A stretch of DNA of 64,000 nt from an uncultured virus (IMG/VR IMGVR_UViG_3300029448_000026) (lineage: Duplodnaviria; Heunggongvirae; Uroviricota; Caudoviricetes). Where the stretch lies: the IMG/VR virus record IMGVR_UViG_3300029448_000026, positions 1 through 64,000 of that record; one strand, 5' to 3'. Below the pieces are notes generated by a model that saw nothing but the letters and a program-made list of their open reading frames with translations, did no database searches and had not been told where the DNA came from. Positions 58,131 to 64,000 of the stretch are shown piece after piece; within the stretch, counting starts at the first letter, position 1; each line of letters begins with the position of its first letter. The position numbers and the translations under genes were made by a program.

Positions 58131-61100
58131 ATTTAATATTCAGAGGGGGAAACAACCCAGATTCTTCTAGTATGTCAAAAGTAGAAAGCATTTCATTAAT
58201 TGCATCTCTATTCTTTTCTGTTAGCAGTACACCAAACTTCATTTTTTGAGATGTTTCTACGAATTTTTTACGTGATCTAAGTAACGTTTTCATATCTATA
58301 ACATTGAATGGGTGTTTAAGATTAAAATCCATCATGGCTGACTCTGTTTCTATCCGCATAAGTATATCCCCATTTAATATAGAGTTATTCCACATACGTA
58401 GTAGCTTTGACCTTTTCGCATTTATAGCTGTATCTAACTGTTTTGAAACTCTAGCCTTTGTCTGTGCTTGTGTTAACCTGTTAAACCCAAAACCAAAACC
58501 AGTAATAGATTTTTCAAAGAGGNNNNNNNNNNTTCGTCTTCTGTGTACCTAAATGCTTTACGTGCATTTCTGATTGAGGCTGGTAACATATTTTCTATAC
58601 CTCTACCCATGTTACCATCTTCTGACATGATTTCTTTGAACCCATTATATAACTGCCTACCTACACTACCCGCTGGACCAAGAAGCAATTCGTAAGTAAA
58701 CACTTCTGGTGACCATTCTTTTTGGTAAGGGTTGGATCTAAATAGTAAATTAGATAGTCCAATACGTGTAGACACGTCAGCACCTGACATTGCAGTAACG
58801 GCCCCTTTGTACCACCCTTCACCTACGTACATTCTCACAAGGGTATCTGCGTCTAGTTCATCGTCATCTAAGAACAGGTCAGCTATCATGGTAACTATGC
58901 CATACATAGGTAGCCCTCCGACCCCTGCTAAAAACAAGGAGGAACCTACCATACCTACAAGTTGCCTAAAAGCTATCCTTTGTTCTTCGGGATTAGTATA
59001 AGCATTCTTGACAAGTGATCTGGCTGTCTTAAACATATTGTAGTACATCATGATGCCAAAGCCCTTATACATCATGGCAACTCTACCTACACCTTGTTGT
59101 GCTATAGGTGGAGCAGTATCTAACAATGCACCGCCATTTATAAGTTGTGTATTATAAACGGCAAATTCGGCAGCACGTTGTTGCTTCTGTGTAGGTGTTA
59201 ACGCTTTCTCNNNNNNNNNNCTGGCGTAGGTTTATTTGTAAGCCTGTCTAACTCAAGATTATATGAACCCATCAAAGCTATTTGCCTGTTGAACCTCTCG
59301 ACTTGATGAAACATACCTGCTGAAATTATTTGGAATCTATCAAGGATACCAGTTCCTCGCTTAGTACCCTCTATACCAAGAGTATCAAAGAATATTGATC
59401 TGTTTAGCTGTCCTTGTTGCTCTGCAACCTCGACTAGCTTTTGCATGGTTTTTAATTTTTCTATAAAACCTTTTGAGTACTTGCCATCTTTTAGTACGCT
59501 ATCTTTTATCTGGTAATTACCCTGCGCATCTAATTGGAAATAATTATCAATAGATGGGGCTGCAGCTACATCTTTGTATATACTACCCTTAACACGTTTA
59601 GACAAACGTATCTTATTACTGAAACCACTATTTGTGTAGAAACGAGCTGCGTCTATAAACGCTTTACTTGATTTTAAATAACCGAACCTACCGCCTAGCA
59701 TCGGAGCCATAACAAGTGGTATTTGTGATAGGTTAACAATAGCAGAGGAAGCGTTCAACCCCAGTGTAAATGTAAAAGCAAACCTGTTACCAAGTATAGC
59801 TAATGCATCTGGAGGGGGGTTCATAGCAAACCTTCCTCGCTCTATCAGGCTTTCTATGATAGCTCCTTTTGTGCTATCACGGTCTACTTTCATATCTAAA
59901 AGCCTGTCTATTTCTTTTCTAAACAAGTCTGCGTATCTTATCTTTTCTACTTGCCTAGCGAGATCATAACCTTTTGTTTTTAGACCGTATATTATGTCTT
60001 GGTTGTACCCCAGAGTTCCTTCTCTTTTAGCGAAAGACTTGGCAAAGCTAGATTCTGGCAGAGCTTCTATAAATAACTGTAGCAAAGAGTCTCTTGTCTC
60101 TTGTGGTATCTTCGTCTTTGAACCATCTAATACTTTTAACATTTCTGCCATAAAAGATGTAGATGGTGGATTTTTGTATGCTCTATTGTATTGTGATGGT
60201 TTCTCAAAAGACTCTATATTATTAACTCCGTACCCACTTTGTAATCTTTTTACTGCTCTTCTTCTTTGATTTATACTTTCAAACGCCATTACGACACGTT
60301 CTTCTTTGTTAAACTTTTCGTCAAACACATCGAATGCAAGCCAATACTGGCCTTTTCTAACTAGAGGTATGTAGGGTTCAAGTTTTGCCTTCTCAAATAA
60401 CTTACTGAATATTTGACTTTTTAACTTGTTTTTTGTTCCTTGGTCTATAGGACTACCGTCTTCTCCTGTAAGATTATTTATTTTACCTTCAATAGTTTTC
60501 TTTAGTTTCTCAAATAAACTTTTGTATTCAGCTACAACAAGTTTAAAAGCTTGTTTACTATCTGGGTCGAGAGTTTCGTAATCTTTTTTCACTATCTCCC
60601 AATTTTGAAACTCTTCGGTATTTTGTCCGTATTTATCAATAGCTTGTTTTCTATCCAATGTAGGATCTACCTGTAGCCTAGTAGCGTCTGTGGACATTTC
60701 GTTAAACTTATCCATTTTAGCTTTAGGCACTAATGATTTTATTGATTCTATAGTACCTTCTACAGATTGTTGCGCCTTGTTAATATCACCCTGTTGCCCC
60801 CTAAGTAAGGTATCCATAGTATATGCTTCATCTATACCTGCATTACCTGCAAAATCACTTACTGCATTAGAAGGTAGAAATCTAAAAAATATATCCCGCC
60901 CTTTTTTAGACATGAATGACAGTATACCCATAGACTCTTCTATGTACTCTTTAGTAGCTGTTTGACTAGGGCTAGGAAAATTAGATGATACTTCTTGTAT
61001 GTTTTTCATAAACTTTCTTATAGGGGTAAAGTTTAATCTTTTACCTTCTGCGACTTCTTGAGAGGGAGCAATAAGATTTTCAAGTATTTCCATTGATTCA

Positions 61101-64000
61101 TCAAACACGGTAGTGGGTTTGACATTTGGTTCTCCACCTATTCTACCATTTAGGAAACCTACTATGTTGTTTTTAAATCTATCCCATAGAGATACTTTAA
61201 TTGCAGGAGCTTCTTTACGAGGGGATTTTATTTCTTGCAGGGTGCTTCTAAAACTAACATTGCTTAAAGCTTCTGAAAGAAAATCATCTAAGGAGACAAT
61301 ACTTACATCTCCCCCAAGAGTATCCTTAACATCTTTATGTAGTAATTTAAGACGACTTACAAACGCTTGTGCTTTAGGATCTCTCAACGCTTTGTATGTC
61401 ACAGCATGTATAAGTTCATGCAGTATAACATGTGTATTCATACCCTGTTGGCTATTAAGGTATATCGTGTTTTCTTTAGGATCATACGCACCATATGGAA
61501 TATCGTCACCTAGTTTTGTATTTTCTTTTACAACAAATACGCGTGGGTTGCCCATATCGTTAATTAATCTTCTAAGAAGTTTTTCTACCGTTCTATTAGC
61601 GTTCTTAAAGTAATTTGATGTTTCTTTTGCATCTATTAAATCCTGTAAGGCTTCTTTAAATAGAGCTGGGTCTTTATTTTTAGCTGATTGTCTTATCTTT
61701 GCACTTACGTTTGCAGGTAACTCTCTCCCCTTTACAAGATCTTTTTTGTATTCGGACTTTGACAAGGCTATTTGTTTTCTGTAACCCGCAATTTCTTTGC
61801 TTATTTGTTCATTTAAATAAACATTTGCTTCTTTCGATAGATTTTTTGATACCCATTCTTTGGCTAACAGAGCATTAGTTGTACCCGTGCCTTTATAAAA
61901 TTCTTTATCAAAACGTGGATAATCAGTTGTTCGTATCGTAGCAGACCCCTCTGCTATATCAGACGCAATATTATCTAACACAGCTTGAGGGTAAGCTGAT
62001 CGTCTAAAATACATTTGTGCTTTGCCTGCTGGGTTTGATTTGTCTCTAGTTGTTAAGGCTTTTTTAGTTAGACTAAGTATTTCTCTAAAATCATCATAAG
62101 TCGCAGGATCATTTATTTTAATTTTCTTTGGATCTTTAGGATCTACTTCTTCTCTGTAAGCTTTACCATCTTTACCCACTTCAGGCATTGCATATTGATC
62201 TACACCCTCTTTGTCAGTTTTAGGCGCTACTGCTAAATTTTTCTGTAAGTCTTCTATAACTTTTAGTTTATATTCACCTTCTTTTTTCTGCCTTAATTTT
62301 CTATTCGCTTCTTTTATAACTTCGTTAGGGTCTTCAAACTTGCTACCTTTTAATTTTTTGGTAGGAACTTGAGCATTTTTGTTTATAACATCAGTACGTG
62401 CCATAAAAGATCCAAACCCTTCAGCCTCTTTACCTAACGAGTTTAACCCACTTTTAAAATCTTCTGGACTCATGTCTATACCCAAAGCATCTGCTGTAGC
62501 TACGTTGTCTTTTACAACATCATTGTTAGTAGCCATTTCCATGCGGTCTCGTATGTAATCATCAAGATCTGAGCTTAGATTAGGTCTTGATTCAGCATCT
62601 GGGTCAACAGCATCATCAGTTATACCAAACTTCCCTGAATCTTTTTTATCAATGTCTTCTTCAGCAGTAGCAGCGCGACCCTGATCTTCAATGATTTCTT
62701 CTTTAGGAGTAGCAGCGCCAGTGTCTTCATCAATTTCAATACCGTATTTTTGTTTTAGTTCGTTAAACGCTTTATTTATACGTTTATCACCTGCAGGTGC
62801 TTTTGGTAAATATATACCATTGTCAGTAAATATTTTTCTTGTTTGGATGGGTAGAATCGTATCAACAAGATCATCAGGATCTACATTTTGAATAAAATTT
62901 AAAGAGCGATTTTTTAGTGATGTGTCTTCTTGCTCTTGGACTCCATCTGTTTCTCCAGCAGGTCTTCCACGATCTCCCAATCCAACGGATGTAGATGATG
63001 CAACTCCTTTGGTATCGTTGCTTGGGAGTTCTCCAACCACGTTTTGTATACTACTTGAAACGCCAACTCCAGTTGTTTCTTCGTCAGTTTGCTTGATATC
63101 ATCTTTTTTTCGCGCTAATAACGTTTCTTTTATTTTTTCTTTTAAAAAGTTTTGTTCATCTGTTAAAGGTTTTTTGAGTTTACCTTCTTCAGATAACGTA
63201 CCTTTAAGATTTTTATAGGTATCATCTATTGTAGGTACTGTTTCTTTAGTTTCAACTGTTTCTTTTGGTTTTGCTTTTGGGCTTGGTGCGGTTATTTTTT
63301 TTGGTGGAGGTTGTTGTATCTTTTCTTCAATATCAGAATCAGTTACACTGCCACGTTTTCTAACCGCAAGGTCTAATATTCCTTGTACAAATGCACCTAC
63401 AGCTCCGCCATACGCAGCCTCTTCACCAGTTTGCTCAAACAAGTCTTGTTGTGGGTTGTAACCTTTTGCAATAGCATTTTGTAAAATACCTGCTACAGCT
63501 TCTTGCCCACCTTCTATACCTCCTGATGCTGCAGCCCTATAGGCTCTTTTAAATAAACTAGCTCTTTCTCCAGGACTAAGAACTTTTAACAATTTAATTG
63601 GCAAGAGTTCTGTAAGACCAACAGCCCCACCTAAAAGAGCAGCTTTGTTTCTTTCTTCTTGTGTTGTGCCAAAAGCTCGCGCTCTTTCACTTGCTTCCCC
63701 TGCTCCTGCTCCTATTGCTGTAGATGCTGCTAAAGGAAGTCCAACATATGGTAGTAAAGATGTTATACCTAATGCACCAAAAGAACCTAATGCCTCACCA
63801 AACCTACGAGGTACAGAGTCTTCTAATCCTGGCGCAGCTTTAGTAGCATCTAATTCAAAAAAATCTTTTACACCTTTTCTAGCTTTTAATTCTGTTTCTT
63901 CACCAAAAGGAGTTATAGCGCCAAGAGCTGCCGACTCAAACATTTGTACTGCCCCTGCCCTTGTTCCTTTTTGGAACTCGTTTAGTAAGGAAAGTATCCC
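58129..64000 (-). CDS. Giant internal virion protein with zincin motif (partial, interrupted by two assembly gaps)
   Basis: Track ORFs 59198-63943, 58473-59126 and 58129-58395 stay open up to the N-runs at 59211-59220 and 58523-58532; frame is open past 64000; GAYDP..IYL..ILHELIH. Confidence 0.75.

Noticed and set aside
58473..59220. Frameshifts, pseudogene or separate genes in the giant ORF
   Set aside because: The breaks coincide with 10-N scaffold gaps of uncertain true length.

Overview
The window looks like a nearly complete, probably circularly permuted genome of a tailed dsDNA bacteriophage with a podovirus-like virion module. It is AT-rich and resembles uncultured aquatic phages; the host cannot be determined from sequence alone. 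The minus strand (1-38380, and 58129-64000) carries packaging, head, tail, fibre, lysis and internal virion genes. The plus strand (38772-58034) carries early genes (AAA+ ATPase, vWA-metallopeptidase, many unknowns) and replication genes (PolA, Cas4-like nuclease, SNF2 helicase, SSB, primase-helicase). I recognised no integrase, RNA polymerase, tRNA or CRISPR array. The most notable unexplained signals are: (1) ten perfect copies of a 17-bp palindrome GTTAGT-N5-ACTAAC confined to the early region; (2) a candidate small RNA antisense to the phage's own GGAGAACGA ribosome-binding sites; (3) an xxGG peptide motif shared by many virion-associated proteins; (4) an iteron/AT-rich origin-like region; (5) several structured intergenic elements; (6) a 50-aa ORF ending in an SSB-tail-like EEEIPF; and (7) ART-like and zincin-like genes between terminase and portal. 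All family assignments come from motif recognition by eye, not from database searches.
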